From Callorhinchus milii (lineage: Eukaryota): a stretch of DNA of 64,000 nucleotides. The position numbers and the translations under genes were made by a program. Location of the stretch: positions 136,588,001 to 136,652,000 of the forward strand of contig NW_024704742.1 of NCBI RefSeq assembly GCF_018977255.1. Direction: 5' to 3'. Below, one piece after another: positions 34,403 through 48,605 of the stretch; positions within the stretch are counted from its first letter, which is position 1, and every line of letters begins with the position of its first letter. The notes beneath the pieces were generated by a model. The model was given only the letters and a program-made list of their open reading frames with translations, searched no databases and had not been told where the DNA came from.

Positions 34403-37400
34403 TCTGTGAAGTGCTTCGAGACGTCTCAACAATGTGATAAGGCGCTATATCAAATGCAAGGATTATTATTATATTGATCTGCCCTTTTTGACCTTTTGAA
34501 ATGAACAGAGCTGTATTTAGTTTACTGAGTCAATGTGACTTTCCTTTCTCCTGAAACAATTTGACTTTTTTTTAAAGTCTGCTCAGTTGTCCAGTGGTAC
34601 GTTACTCAATCTGCCATTATTCATTCATACGAGATCTTTGAGTTTGCAACTGCGGGGAGTTCAATCCTTTCCTCTCCCAACATTCTCTGTTTGCCTAGCA
34701 GTAAGCAGTAAGTAAGGAACCTGGATGATAGTCAATCCTTGACTGTTTGTGGGACACGACTATGCGAAATAGGCTGCAGTGTTTCACCTGCAAAACACAT
34801 AGTCAATATATTCTGTGAACAACAATAAATTGCATTTGTATAGCGCCTTTCATTTCCGAAGGTCGTCCCAGAGTACTGTGAAGTGCTTTGAGACGTCTCA
34901 ACCGTGATAAGGCACTATATAAAATGCAAGGATTATTATTATTATCAACACAAACACACTGTGTGTCAGGTTGGCTAAGTCGGTCGAACTCTCGCGCAAA
35001 TCAGAAGGTTGGGGGTTCAAGACTACTTTGAGAACTTTGACCTTACAGTCTCGGCAGGTGCACTCAGTATTTGTGTAGATAGTTTGTCTACTATACACAA
35101 ATACACAATCTCTACTTCATAGCATTGTATGTTAAGCCCTTTGACATGTTTATGTTTTAGGTAGTAATACTAATCCTTTGATACAGCGCCTTTTCACATT
35201 GTCGAGACATCTCAAAGTTCTTCACAGGATTTACTGTAAAGGGTGGCGAAACAAACACAGCAGCCAATTTTTACCCAGCGATGTCCTCCAAACAGCCCTG
35301 AAGTGAGTAACCAATTTTTTTTTGATCAGGACACCAGGATAAACTCCCTTCTCTTTTTGAATACTGCCAAGTGTCCACCTGGACAGGCATATGGGACTTT
35401 GGTTTAACGTGTCACCTGAAGGATATCATCTCTGACAATGCAGCACATCCCCAACACTGCATTGGAGTGTCAGCGGAGACTATATGGGTTCCAAGTCCCA
35501 TGTACGTGAACTCAGAGGCAAGAGTACTACCAACCGAGTCAGGCTGACAGAAAACATACCAAATGAAAGAATGATTATTATCCGTAATAGCCCTCAGCAT
35601 AAAAGCCCCTCTCCAAACCTCCCCTTAACTCTTCCAGTGACAAGTCTGAATTTTTGAGACAGGACCTCTGTGCCTTTTACCAACTATTCTCAAATCTGTG
35701 GAATTTGGGTAATTCTCCTTCTGATGTGAAAGGTGCTGTATAAATGTAAATTCGTCGTATTGTATTTTACTCTTAAATGGTGATGCATTTCCGCATGTCT
35801 CGGCTGACCACAAAAATTGATTCTACGACCTTTTACCCACGTTCCAGTGAAAAAAGGCCCCTATCTAACATATAATAATAATCCGTGTATTTGATATAGC
35901 GCCTTATCACGTCATTGAGAAGTCTCAAAGGGCTCCATAGAGTGTAATGTGAAGTGAATTGACTGTATATTTTCTGAGCAAAACGCATCAGTCAGTTTCA
36001 CAGAGCAGTGCCTCACAAACAGTCAAGGGTTGTTTTTTAAGTGATTATTACCTCCGGAAAGTAATCATAGAATCATAGAATTTTATAGCACAGAAAGAGG
36101 CCACTTGGCTCATCGTGTCTGCTGGCTCTTTGAAAAGAGCTATCCAATTTAATCCTACTTCCCCGCTCTCTCCCCATTGTCCTGCAAACTTGTCCTCCCC
36201 AAATAATTATCTACTTCTCTCTTAAAAGTTGTTATCAAATCGGTTTCCACCACCCATTCAGGCAATGCATTCAGTCTGCTTCTTGACTAACAACCGGGTT
36301 CCTACTTCCTGCTAGCTAAAGGTGTAACTATCATTGTATATGTTATATATTTATAATATGTATTGTAACTACAACCTCTCATCGCTGGCATCATCCTGTG
36401 AATCAGTCTCCCCTTTAACCTTCTATAATGTTCCTTGATCGAGTTTCTGTAATGTGAACTCACCCTTTAACCCTCTCTATTGTTGACGCTCGATGTTCTT
36501 TCCAAAGTGGAACACACAGAGCTGCACGTAATGCTCCCGGCTTCCTGTGTGGACGTCACACGTCTTCCTCGCTATTAAACACGTTCCATTGTCTGATGTT
36601 TAGAAACACTGAAATGGCCCAGCATTCTCTTTCCACTATTCCACTCCTAAACATTGGCCACTTAGCGGAGTCCTCCTCCCAGTCACGGCGACCAGAGCTT
36701 TGCTGGCTCCTGGCCGTTTCCCAGACAGTGAATATGAAAAGCCGCTCGTACCTTCCATTCAGAAATGTTGATGAATTGGACCATTCGCTGACATTTCCTC
36801 TTCTTGTCCCCACTCGGCATCAGGCGCCGTTTCCTGCCGAGGAGACGGGCAGTCTGTACTGTGGGAGCCTGTGTACTTCGCTGCATTGTACAGAGCCCAC
36901 ACTGGCCTCTCGCTTGCCAAAGACTTTTAACTTTCAGTGGTGTTCAAGAACAGTAAATGTAATCTATAATATCCGTGTGACATTCTATGAATAAACCTCC
37001 CATTGAATGCGTGAACACAAAGGTTTACTTATTTTATTAAAACAATGCGCTCTCCAATTGAGTGCTCCAAACAAAAACTGGATACTGGAAATGTAGGAGA
37101 GAGACAGTGGGTCACCAGAGGTCAGTGGCCTGGGTGGAAGGTAATGGGTTTGATCCCCACTTTAGGGTTGTGAGCTCACAGTCTTGGCTGACACTCTTCT
37201 GCAGTACTGGGGTGAGTCCCGCATTGTCGGTGGTGCTTTCTTTTGAATGAGATGATAAATTGAGCTCCCGTCTGCCTTCCTTAGAGCTGAAATGGTTGGT
37301 CTCGAAAAATTCTTGGTCTAATAATAATACTAATAATCCTTGTATTTGATATAGCGCCTTATCATGGCGCCAATATGTCTCAAAACGCATCACAGAATAT

Positions 37401-38237
37401 ACTGCAAAGAGACTTGACTTTATATTTTTGTGTGTGAAATGTGCAGATATGAGGAGATATTAGAAGGAAAAGAAAGTGCAACCCACCAAATGTGGACACA
37501 AGGGTGTAGCAAATGGACTGGGAAATAGATTGTGGAATGCTGGGAATGACGTTGTCAGCCTGGTTCAGTCAGAAAGTTGTGTTCAAACCCACGTTGTGTT
37601 CAAACCCACTAGAGAAACTCACAAGTTTCTCTATCCTGACACACCAATACTAGAGATACCGTCCTGGCTATTTAGATGGACTTTAAAGATCTGATGCAAT
37701 TATACAAAAAGAGAAGCAAGTTTCTCCTGGTGTAGATGGACAATAATCCCCGGATAAACAGTCACTCACTTCATGTCCGTTTGTAGGACATTGCTGTGTG
37801 CAAATTGGCTGCTGCCTTTGCCTACATCTGTTAACTTTTATCTGAGCAGCTACAGATAGGGCCTCAGTTTAATACCTCATCTGAAGGATGGCACCTCCAA
37901 CAATGCAATAGACCCCCCCCCCAGCTCTGTGTTGAAGAGCATTGGGACACCACCTCACATGAGGTGTGCTATATAAATGCAAGTTGTTGTTGGAGAGTCA
38001 GTTTAGACTACGTGAGTTCAAAGAACTGACATGTTAGTGACTGACTCAGTCGGGAGTCACTTTTAGGGTCTTGCTGTGTGAAAGATAGCTGCCACATTTG
38101 CTTACAAAACTGATGACTGCACTCGATAGTAATTTAAGATGTCCTTTCCTTCACTGATCATTGTTGCCTTGCCCTTTAGGTTGGAATAAAAGTGATGAGC
38201 TGATTGTTCAGAGGGGAGGGCTGTACACGCACAGGAG

Positions 38238-38377
38238 ATGGGAGCAAACAGCAGCAGCACCGCTGAGCTCGCCAACAATGACTACCTTAAGCATCTGGCC
38301 GGCACTGAGTCCATCTCCGAGAACGATCCCTTCTGGAATCAGCTATTATCGTTTTCTTTCACAGCACCGACCAACAG
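38238..38377 (+). CDS. DYM: Dymeclin first coding exon (exon starts 38180)
   Basis: [47 protein letters not shown]-myristoylation motif MGxxxS; AG|gtaaga. Confidence 0.96.
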
Positions 38378-39369
38378 GTAAGAAGGTTCCACGTGCGAGC
38401 ACCTAATCCAGCCTCTTTCTATAAATCCCTTTTAGGAACAGGCCAATGGTAGATTGCTCTTACAGTGTACCTTTGAACTAGGGTGAACGTTTGGACGAGA
38501 TTTGCAAAGGCTGTTGGGAATCACTGGCAAGGCAGGGAATGAGGGCAAAAGCTTGAGAGTAGTGACAAATGGTACAGTCAAAGAACGGTTTGAAAGCAGA
38601 GAGGGACTTCCATTAGTCGAGCAAGTCTTGGTTGAAAACTGAGCTGAGTGAACCTGTTGGTTGGGAGTCCAATGCTGGAACTTCACGTCACCCATATCCG
38701 ATTAGCTTTGACAAAATCATTCATGAAATTCTGCAAGAAATCACGGAAAATGTCTATCTCCCTCCCTTCCCTTCCCACCCCATTACTCCCCTCCTTTCTC
38801 CCCCCTCATTTCCTCACCGCATCCTTTCCCTTCCCCATTCTTTTCTTCCCTTTCCCCAAATGTATGATGTTCCTGAGTGTAACTGTGCCAGCTCACCTCG
38901 AAAGACTATTTGTTTTCGGTGGTGGTGGTGGGGGGGGGCCGGGAGGAAAGAGAAGTGGGGAGAGACTGGGAGAGAGCCACTCTCTTACTTACACCTTGAA
39001 TCAATCTCTACCAATGAGCACACCCCCTGTAACCAGTTTTCAATAAATATTTTGTGCACAGCAAGATCCTGTCAACATGTGGAACGTAGGAATAGAGTTT
39101 CTGCACATGAAAGCTGCTTTCTGCAGTAAACCGGGGTGGAGGGGAGGGGGGGAGAGGGCGTCTGGGGGCTTGTAAACGATTGCTGGTTCAGCCTGTTCTG
39201 CCATAGAATTGTGCTATGTTTGCGGTTTTGTCACTTTGCACAGCAGTGCGTCGCTCTCTTTGAGCCCCCGCAGTGTTCACAGTTAGTAACTGTTTCTTTG
39301 TTCGATGTGTCGTTGTGTGTGGGACCTCGCTACTGCTGCACTAAACGTCTGCTGGGTTTGCCGACACAG

Positions 39370-39700
39370 TAATAATAATAATAATAATAATCCTTGCATT
39401 TGATATAGCGCTTTTCACGTCGGGAGGACGTCCCAAAGCGCTTCACAGAACACACTGTGAAGTGAACTGACTGTATATTTGTGGGCGAACGCGGCAGCCA
39501 ATTGCGCATAGCAATGTCCCACAAACAGTCGTGGATTGAAAATGACCAATTTATTATTGTTTTTGGTTTTTGGAGGGATTATTATTAGGCTCTGTGTGGA
39601 GTAAGGAAACTTGCCCGAGGTTTCGCCCTCTGCCTGGAATTGAACTCAGGTCTCTCGCTCGCAAAGCGAGTGCTCTAACCACTGAGCTGCAGGACTCCAC
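39370..39700 (-). mobile_element. Young full-length DeuSINE
   Basis: Reverse complement of the 6216-6540 family. Confidence 0.9.
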
Positions 39701-39719
39701 AATGAGAGCGAGTGGGTGA

Positions 39720-39877
39720 GAAAGAGAGGACGAGAGCGTGAGAGATGGTGTGCGTGTGTGTGTGTGTGTACGTGACAGGCTGCGTGTGAGAAATAGAGTG
39801 TGTGTGAGAGTGTGAGCGTGTGTGTGAGAGTGTGAGCGTGTGTGTGAGAGTGTGAGCGTGTGAGAGAGAGTGTGAGC

Positions 39878-39914
<37 letters not shown>

Positions 39915-39915
39915 A
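39720..39915. repeat. Compound (GT)n/(GA)n microsatellite
   Basis: gtgtgagagtgtgagcgtgt repeats then (GA)n. Confidence 0.9.
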
Positions 39916-40096
39916 GGGATAGGAATTGGGGTGTAATGCCTCTCAAACTCCAACGCTGTCACACAGCTTCAGTGCAGTAAATCCGCGCCCACACGTACAC
40001 ACGTCCGCGCCCGTAGTGTCAGATCCAGGCTGTGCTGGGGGGGGGTTTGTGGGGGGTGGTGGTGGGGGGGGTACTACACCCCACAGTATTTTCTGT

Positions 40097-40560
40097 AAAC
40101 AACAACAATAAAAGTTACATTTGTAAAGCGCCTTTCACTTCGGGAGGACGACCCAAGGCGCTGCACAATCAGTGTTTCGGACCCGAGCTGGGGGTCGGGG
40201 TTGGGGAGGATGGAGGACAGGGGAAAGGAGGGAGGCACGATCGAAGAAGAGGGCATTGAGACGGATCTTGAAGGAGGCAAGGGAAGGGGCGAAGTGGAGG
40301 GACTGTAGGATGGGTGTTCCAGAGGGTGGGGGCAGAGTAGCAGAAGGCCTACCCACTAATGGTGAGGCGGGCGAGGTGGGGGACGAGTAGCAGGCTGGAG
40401 CCCACTGAGCGAAGGGAGCGGGCAGGTCGGTAGGGGGTTAGGAGATCGCAGAGGTAGTGGGGAGCAGGGCCATGGAAGGCTTTGAAAGTGAGGACCAGGA
40501 TCTTGAACTATATCTTCTGTGTGATGGGAAGCCAGTGAGTTGGGTGAGGATGGCAAGGTG
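40097..40560 (-). mobile_element. L2 3' fragment
   Basis: (AAC)n tail, stem-loop, FKILVL motif on minus strand. Confidence 0.8.
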
Positions 40561-42099
40561 TGGGTCTCTCTCTCACAATGGGGACAGTCAATCCCAATTG
40601 TGCAAATATTTGTCTATTTGTGGAGTCAGATAATGTTGTCAGAGTAACAACAACAACTTACATTGATATGGATCCCTTCAAGCGCTGAACTATAGCATAG
40701 TTTAACACTGAGTTGGTAAGAAAGGGGAGGTGACCATAGGTATTGTCGAAGAGGAAAGTCTTTCAGTGGCTGAAAGCACGACAGCTGATGGTAGAGTGAG
40801 GGGGCCGATGGATAGACAGAAGGCATGAGCCAGCCGAAGGAAATGGGCAGAATACCTCTGTTTACCTAGCAGTAATAGGAACCCTACTTACTGTTAGTCG
40901 ATTGGCGGATCACTTTCTGGGAGTAATAATTCCTTAAAACTAATTTGGTCGCTCAATCCACGACTGTTTGTGGGCAATTGGCCACCGTGCTTCACCCACA
41001 AAATACAGTCAATTCACTTTGCAGTAAAATCTGTGAAGCGCTTTGAGAAGTCCCATCAAGTGCCATATCAAATGCAAGGATTACTATTATTGATGGTGAT
41101 TATTATGATTAATGAAACAAGGGCTTTGAGCGGTGGGGCAGAGCCTCGTCATTAAACTTTCAGGTTGGCCTGGTGGATCCCAATGGCCTTTTCCCAGTGA
41201 CCTCAACAACTGAGTCACTGAGCCGTGCACTGAGCTGAACATCTTTGAAGGTCTTTGAGGCTGCCATGTCCTCATAGTAAACCTCATAGTAAAGTGACAG
41301 ATGATTTTATTCTGAACACTTGTCATGATGGTAAACATCCCGAGTATTTGAGCAAAGTAATGGGATAGTTCCGGATATGAACGATGGCTGTAACTATTTC
41401 AGGGGTTGTTTGATTTTACAGTGTATAAACAGTGTCATAGGTTTACCATTAAAAATGGGCCACCGCCACTGAGAGGATTTGAGTGAGTTCATTCACTGGC
41501 ATGAGCCATTGAAACAACTCAAAAGTCGGTAATCCTGTCAAGAATAATAATAATAATCCTTGCATTTGCTATAGTATCTTTGAGACGTCTCAAAGTGCTT
41601 CACAGAATATATTGTAAAGTGACTGTATTTTGTGGGTGAAACGCGGCAGCCAGTTGCACACATCAGTGTCCCACAAACAGTCATGGTTTGAGTGATCAAT
41701 TTTTTTTTGAGGGATTATTACCACCAGAAAGCGATCGGCCAATCGACTAACAACCGAATACCTATTTACTGCTAGGAAAACAGGCGTGTGGAGTAAGAAA
41801 ACATGCCTAAAGTTTTGCTCCAACCGAGAATCAAACCCGGGACTTCTTGCTTGGGAGGCAAGTGCACTAACCACTATGCTCCAGATATCCACAAGTCTAG
41901 TGACTGTATTTGTCGGGAAATGTGACAGTCTTGCACACAGCAATGTCCTACAAATAACCATAAAGTGGATTACATAAAATTAATCCAAGGTTTTCAGGTG
42001 GGACTGAAGCACTGACTGTCCAGTGCCTTGGGACGTCCTCCGATGTGAAAGGTGCTACATAAATGTAATTTTGCTGTTGTTGTTCATTACATAGGGGGA

Positions 42100-42465
42100 G
42101 TGGAGTCCTGTAGTGTGTTGGTTAGAGCAGTTTCCCCACAAGCAAAAGGACCGGGTTTGATTTCTAGGCAGGTCAAAACCTTTGGCAAGTTTCCTTGCTC
42201 CAAACGCCTTTATTTATCTAGCAGTAGCTAGGAAACCGGTTGTTATTCAATCATGGGATCGCTTTCTCGGGAGTAATAATCCCTTAAAAAAATAATAATA
42301 ATTTGGTCACCCAATGCACAACTGTTTGTGGGACGCCACTGTGCACAATTGGCTGCCATATTTCGCCCACAAAATTTACAGTCAAGTCATTTTAGAGTAT
42401 ATTCTGTGAAGTGATTTGAGACGTCTCGAAGACGTGATATGGCGCTATATCAAATGCAAGGATTT
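42100..42465 (+). mobile_element. DeuSINE, older long subfamily
   Basis: gtggagtcctgtag head, retains ctagcagta..ggatcgcttt segment, tail gacgtctcgaagacgtga. Confidence 0.8.
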
Positions 42466-42477
42466 GCACTATAGACC

Positions 42478-43103
42478 AATCATTGCAAAAGGTTTAGAGT
42501 ACAAGAGTAGGGAAGTCTTGCTGCAACTGTATAGGGCTTTGGCGAGACCGCACCTAGAGTATTGTGTGCAGTTTTGGTTTCCTTATTTAAAAAAGGACAT
42601 ACTTGCCCTAGAGGGGGTGCAGCGTAGATTCACTCGGTTAGTTCCTGGGATGAGGGGACTGACCTATGAGGATAAGCTGAATAAACTGGGGCTGTATTCT
42701 CTAGAGTACAGAAGAATTAGGGGGGATCTTATTGAAACTTATAAGATTCGTAAAGGGCTGATAAAGTAGACACTGAGGGACTGTTTCCCCGGTAGGAGAA
42801 TCTATAACCAGGGGTCACAGTCTTAAAATTAAGGGTCAGACTTTTAGAACAGAGTTGAGAAAACATTTCTTCACTCAGATGGAATTCACTCCCCCAGAAG
42901 GCTGTAGGTGCTCAGTCCTTGAACATCTTCAAGGCTGAGACTGATAGATTTTTAAAAAATAGAAGGATTGGGGATAATGGGGATAGGGCAGGTAATTAGA
43001 GTTAGGTCAGAAGATCAGCCATGATCTTATCGAATGGCGGGGCACAGGCTCGAGGGGCCGAATGGCCTACTCCTGCTCCTAATTCTTATGTTCTTATGTT
43101 CTT
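42478..43103 (+). mobile_element. CR1 LINE 3' fragment
   Basis: KSREVLLQLYRALARPHLEYCVQFW; tail (ttcttatg)n. Confidence 0.9.
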
Positions 43104-45599
43104 CTTCTTATTAATTCATCCTGAGAAATCCCTTAAACAAAATCATCTCAGTCTCAGCACAAATTCACTCCCCCTATGTAATTAATTCCCGAAACTGGAG
43201 CACTCTTCCTCTATCCCTTCCTTCACCATAAACAACAACTTGCACTTATATAGCATCCTCCACCCAGGATGGAGTCTCAGAACGCTTAACAGTGGTGGAG
43301 CCTGACTCCAAGCCAGGGGTGAAGGGTGGGGTGGAGGTGGCCATAAGCACAGTCAAAGAGGAAGGTTTTCAGGTGGGGCTTGAAAATAGGAAATCCTTCC
43401 TATTTGACCATGCCTAAGGTCACCTCTTCGTCCCCCTTGGCTCGGCCTCATGCTCCGCCACTGTCAAACGCTCTGGCACGCCTCGCTGCGTGCAGGGCGC
43501 TATATAAATTGTTGTTGTCAGCAAATGTCCACTTCTCTGCGATGCTTCCCACGTGAGAAGGAGAATGCTCTTTGTTAAATACTGGCACTGTTCCCAAGTT
43601 AGGAATTGATGAATAAATTGCCCACTTTCTGGAACCTTTTTCTCTGCCTGATGAAAACAAGGGAGTTGTGCCAGGCCTGAAAGCAACCTGGTATATGTCA
43701 GATACCCCCCCACCACCTTCCTCTCCACCCCCCACTGAGTGTTTGAAAAAGGAGAGGGTCCAAAGCTCCATTAGGCTGAAAGGTTTAGGGTTATGTGGAT
43801 GGAATCCAGTTATTTCAGTTGAAAGTATTATTGCAGAACCAGATCCTTATTATCTGAACATCACGCTGAAAGTAAAGTGAAACAAAATGTTCTATTTTTC
43901 ATACGCTTTCTACCTCCCCTCACCCCTCCTCCTCCCAAATGTCTAGCGTCCAGTAGCGCAGTGGTTAGCATGCTTGCCTCGCAAGCGAGAGGACCCCGGT
44001 TTGATTCCCAGGTAGGGCGAAACTAAGGCAAGTTTCCTTACTCGACACGCCTCTGTTTACGTGGCAGTAAGTAGGAACTGAGATCGCTGTCCTGGGGGTA
44101 ATAATCCCTAAAAAAAGGAATACACAATCCATGACGTTGTGTTAAATTGCTGTGCATAATTGGGTGCCGGGTTTTGCCCACAAAATACTCAGTCACTACA
44201 CTTCACAATATATTCTGTAATGCTCTTTGAGATGCTACTCTGCGTTGAGGATGCCATATAAGTGCCAGTTGTTGTTGTCTCAACAACATGGTAAGGTGCT
44301 ACATCAAATGTAAGGATTATCATTATTACCACTATAATTCTTGCCTGAAGCTACTTCGAGAAGCGCTGGATGTAAATGAATTTAAGAGCAGGAATAAGGT
44401 TCCCCTCAGATCACAGGAACTTTCAGAGACGGAAATGGTCACCGCAGTCCATTTGGCTGGTGACAACGTTAAAAAAAAATTGGTCTAGTCCTGGTGGGAC
44501 TGTGGGAACGTCATTAGCGGATACAATTGATGGAAGTTGAATCATATGGATTGTAATGTTTATGTTCCATTACCAAGAACAAGGAGAGTGAGAGGAGAAG
44601 GGAGTGAAAGAGAATGTCCACTTTATCTCTTACTTGTTCTCTTCCGTGATCTTTATCCTCACATTCCAATCCTTCCCGACTTCTGTGACCTCCTGCACCC
44701 CTAATGCTCTAACGTAGTGCTGGGGGAAACGCTGCATTGTCAACAACAACAACTTGCACTTGCATAGCGCCCTTCACGCAGGGTAGCATCTCAGAGCGCT
44801 TAAAATTATCGTCCAGTATTGTCCCAATGCTGCACTAGAGCGTCAGCCTAGACTGTGAGCTCAATGTCCCAACTGGTCTGACTCAGCAGTGATTGTAACT
44901 AAGTTTGGAGTCTTGCAGCTTCGTGGTTAGAGCACTCGTCTCGCAAGCGAAAGGACGTGTTCGATTTCCGGCCGCAGCAAAACCTTAGGCAAACTTCCTT
45001 AGGTGCAAATTGACAGCTGCGTTTTGCCCACAAAATATACAGTCAATTCATTTTACACTATATACTGCGAATCAGCAGAGGAAAAGGCCATTCTTTCCAT
45101 CATGCCTATCATGGATCTCTGAAAGAGCCATTAATATAGTCCCATTCTCCTGCTCTCCTTCTCCCCACCACCACCCCCCCAATTTGTGGATTCCCGTAGC
45201 GTTGTGATATGGTGGTGAAAAATCTTAAGCCACTTTCCTTACTCCACACACCTCTGCTTACCTAGCAGTATGTAGGAACCCGGATGTTAGTCAATGGTAG
45301 ATGACTTTCCATGGGTAATAATCTCTTCAAAAAAAATAAATAAGATAAAACAAAATAAAAAAAATAAATAATTTGGTCACTCAATCCACGACTGTTTGTG
45401 GGAGGCTGCTGTACACAATTTGCTGCTGCGTTTAACCCCCACAAAAAATATACAGTCAATTCACTTTATAGTATAATTCTGTGAAGTACTTTGAGACGTC
45501 TCAACGATATGACAAGGAGCTATATCAAATACAAGGATTATTATTATTAAAACTAGGCCAAGCGACGCTTTCTCGGGGGTATGAGAAGTAAGTAGGGTC

Positions 45600-46140
45600 T
45601 CATTGGAGCTGAACTGGCTCCAAGATGACATGTTGGGTAATGTAATGTCAGGATCAAGCCAACCCTCTGTGACGGACTCCAGTCCGGTTTCTAAGCCACG
45701 CGGGTCCGCAGTATTCCAGGGCACTGCTGAAAACAGTCCGACCAGTCTGGCTCATCATTGGACTTGGAAAGACAGACCAGTCTCTTGGGGACAGAGATTC
45801 AACCCACTCAGCTCCTGGTAATACTGGAAACCAAAGCTCTAACGAGTAGGTTGGTCCTAACTGGACAGGCAGCAGGAAAGCTTGCCAGACCGTGCTCTCA
45901 ATGGCAAACTATGTGGTTTAGCTGGTGAGATTCCAGCAATGCACAGACGCTGGGGTCTCCAAGCCTTGGCTCTTGCCAACCTGCGTCAAATACTCTCGCG
46001 AATTAGGTAAGCAGGAAGGGTCTCTCGAGACAGGGAGTGCGCATTCCATTCCAGTAAATATTTCTGGAATTTCCATACATAGGTGGGATGCATGGAACTT
46101 TGTTTGCTTAAGCCTGATGATGGGTTTCCGAATGTGTCAG
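45600..46140 (+). repeat. Unclassified ~550 bp dispersed repeat
   Basis: Same family as 1120-1670. Confidence 0.65.
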
Positions 46141-47904
46141 TTAGCTGGCTGGCCATTTCAAAGTTTAGTGTGTTGCAATTTTTGGCATTTCAAGGGGTAG
46201 AAAGATGTAAGCTGAATCCAAGTGCTGGCCTGATTAATCCTGGAATCACAGCATAATGTTTTTCTTGTTATAACTAATCTAATAATTACTGCCATCCCCA
46301 CGCTCTTAAGTGCTTTCCAGACCTCTATTGCATCCAACTTCTCTTTCATGTCTTTTCAAAAAAAGCAAAAGGCCGTCACACTTATGGAGAAGTGAACAAA
46401 ATTGTGTGATTTTATATATTTACACGCGCCCCCACACCCCCCCCCCCCCGCCAAGGTCTCGCATTAGCTTCGGTTGTTGTTTTCAAGATGAGCTGAGGAG
46501 ACATTGACTCCCTGGTCTCTCTCTGTTGTTGGAGAGGTGACAGCTAAGGAGCGCACTTAATAACACTTGCATTTGATATAGCGCCTTATCGCGTCATTGA
46601 GACATCTCAAATGGCTTCACAAAATACACTGAATTGACTGTATTTTGTGGGGGCGAAACACAGCAGTCAATTGCGCACAACAGTGTCCCACGAACAATCG
46701 TGGATTGAGTGACCAAATTATTATTTTTTCAGGAAAGGATTATTACCTCCGATTAGTGATCTGTCGATCGACTATCAACCGGGTTCCTACTTACTGCTAG
46801 GTAAACAGAGGCGTGTGGAGTAAGGAAACTTGTCGAAGCTCTTACTCCCTGAAGTTCAGGAACACTTTCCCTCAATCCCTCCGCCTTAGCCCCCCCCTCC
46901 CCTTTATCAAGTCTCGCCTGAAAATCTTCCTTTTCGACTGTGCTTATGGTTACTTTCCCCCCATCCTTCCCCCCTCCACCTCTGCTGGGATTCAGGCTCC
47001 AACACTGTTAAGTGTTCTGAGACGCTGCCCTGCGTGGAGGGAGCTATATAAGTGCGCCCAAGTTGTTGAAAGGTTTCACTCTGCCTGGGAATCGAATCCA
47101 GGTTGCTTGTGAGGCGATTGCTGTAACTAATACTCTATTAGTCGTATGCCCCACCATCACCTTTTCATCTATCGATACCTCCTACTGGTCAACCAAAGTT
47201 ATGGTTATTCATAACTTTAGCAATTAGTTAGTTTCATATCCCATCATATCGCTACAGAGACATTAAGATCATTAGTAAAAAAAATATAAAGGGAAAGTTT
47301 CTTAGAGAGTTTTTACCCCGGCTGTAAAATACAATGAATGACCTACCAAATTACTGGTTAAAGGCTTTTGAAAGACAATTGGAGTAACATTTATAAAAGA
47401 ATAATAATAATATATGCATTGTATATAAAGGGCTGTAGGGGAAAGTGCAGTAGAATACGGAAGAGATGCTCAGTGCAAATCTCTTGTAGAATCATGGATA
47501 TTTACAGCACAGACAGAATTTCATGATTCCCACCTACACATGGAAATTCCAGAGATAGATTCCATTCTGACAATCTACCTCTGGAATTTCCATGTGTGGG
47601 TGGGATGCATGAAATGGTTTGGATACTCTTAAGCATGGCGATGGGTTTCCACACGTATCAGACACCCATCTGATCAAAGAAAATACAACACAGGAGGCCA
47701 TTCGACCCATCGAATGCGCACTGGCTCCTAGTGCCTTTAATAAGTGCTGTGCCTTATTTCTCTGCGAGAACAAACTACTGAAATTTATCGCAAAACACTC
47801 AGAATAATCTGTATATTAAAGTGCAGATTAAGTTAAATCGTATCATGTAAAAAAAAATCTGTTACTAAAAGCAGAATCAATGCTGGATTTTCTTTCTCTT
47901 GCAG

Positions 47905-47957
47905 CACTGACACACAGCTCTTGGAAGAGGCAACAATTTCCATCTCCAAATCACTAA
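47905..47957 (+). CDS. DYM: DYM coding exon 2 (53 nt)
   Basis: (S)TDTQLLEEATISISKSL; ttgcag/gtaagt. Confidence 0.95.
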
Positions 47958-48278
47958 GTAAGTGTCTTAAGCTTCTTTCACTTTTATTGCATCGTTGCTT
48001 TGGTGAAAGCGAGAACCATAAGAACATAAGAAATGCAAGAAGAAAAAAGACCAAGGTCCATCTAGTTCGCCTTCCTGGCGGTCGCATGCACATATGTCCA
48101 CAATTACCTATGTACTATATCCCATAATGTTATTCCCTAAAAGAAAACTATCTAATCTGTGTTTGAAAGAATCAACACATCCTGCTTCAACCGTCTCCCT
48201 AGGGAGCCTGTTCCGTTAGTGAACAGGTTCACTATTCGCTCACTGAAGTAGCGTTTGCATAGATTCGTTCTGAATTTT

Positions 48279-48605
48279 GTGGAGTCCTGTAGCTCAGTGG
48301 TTAGAGCACTCGCTTTGCAAGCGAAGACCTGAGTTCAATTCCAGGCAGAGGGCGAAACCTTGGGCAAGTTTCCTTACTCCACACAGAGCCTAATAATAAT
48401 CCCTCCAAAGCCAAAACAATAATAAATCGGTCATTTTCAATCTACGACTGTTTGTGGGACATTGCTGTGCGCAATTGGCTGCCACGTTCGCCCACAAATA
48501 TACAGTCAATTCACTTTACAGTGTGTTCTGTGAAGCGCTTTGGGACGTCCTCCCGACGTGAAAAGCACTATATCAAATGCAAGGATTATTATTATTATTA
48601 TTATT
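48279..48605 (+). mobile_element. Young DeuSINE nested in an antisense CR1 remnant
   Basis: Full-length copy with probable TSD aattt. Confidence 0.9.
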
